Positions 63,905 through 64,000 of a stretch of 64,000 nt of DNA are shown here, one piece after another. The stretch lies in NCBI GenBank assembly GCA_051252375.1, contig JBPOFY010000013.1, positions 1 through 64,000 on the forward strand, read 5' to 3'. The notes below the pieces were generated by a model. It was not told where the DNA came from and ran no database searches. It saw only the letters and a list, made by a program, of their open reading frames with translations. Numbering within the stretch: position 1 is the stretch's first letter; each line of letters begins with the position of its first letter. This DNA is from Opitutaceae bacterium (GTDB lineage: Bacteria; Verrucomicrobiota; Verrucomicrobiia; Opitutales; Coraliomargaritaceae). The translations under genes and the position numbers were made by a program.

Positions 63905-64000
63905 ATGTCATCTGCTGAAAACTGTGCCTCCCGTGTGCTTGTCGTCGAAGACGAACCTTCGATTCGTGATAGCATAGTGTATGCACTCGAATCGGAAGGG
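63905..64000 (+). CDS. creB: Response regulator, CreB-like (partial)
   Basis: MSSAENCASRVLVVEDEPSIRDSIVYALESEG, start of a receiver domain; next to a creD-like gene. Confidence 0.65.
   Translation, partial: MSSAENCASRVLVVEDEPSIRDSIVYALESEG

Overview
64 kb of bacterial chromosome, most likely Verrucomicrobiota (Opitutales/Coraliomargarita-like; inferred from gene content and style, not from a database search). Most genes are housekeeping or envelope genes: rng, rodA, mgtE, folPBK, SMUG1-type uracil glycosylase, mlaEFDCA, hemN, serA, plsY, 2-oxoacid oxidoreductase alpha/beta, hom, rpsU, two Hsp20 genes, rpsB-tsf, addAB-like genes, dinG and tRNA-Gly. The right end holds a large secreted dehydrogenase/cytochrome protein and a CreD/CreB-associated locus. 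The most unusual content is intergenic. Several families of palindromic repeats (7-mer-periodic arms, 9-mer arms, 15-mer arms, GTAG/GGAG REP pairs) are nested inside each other, fused into coding sequence, and associated with duplications of neighbouring gene ends. One family flanks a GxxExxY (PD-(D/E)XK-like) nuclease gene between addB and addA and also occurs as an empty 95-bp copy, which looks like an autonomous/non-autonomous mobile element pair. Two regulatory architectures are readable directly: duplicated cre-tag-like boxes upstream of creD/creB-linked genes, and a sigma54 promoter with paired enhancer-like sites upstream of the Hsp20 pair. All product calls come from motif recognition by eye.
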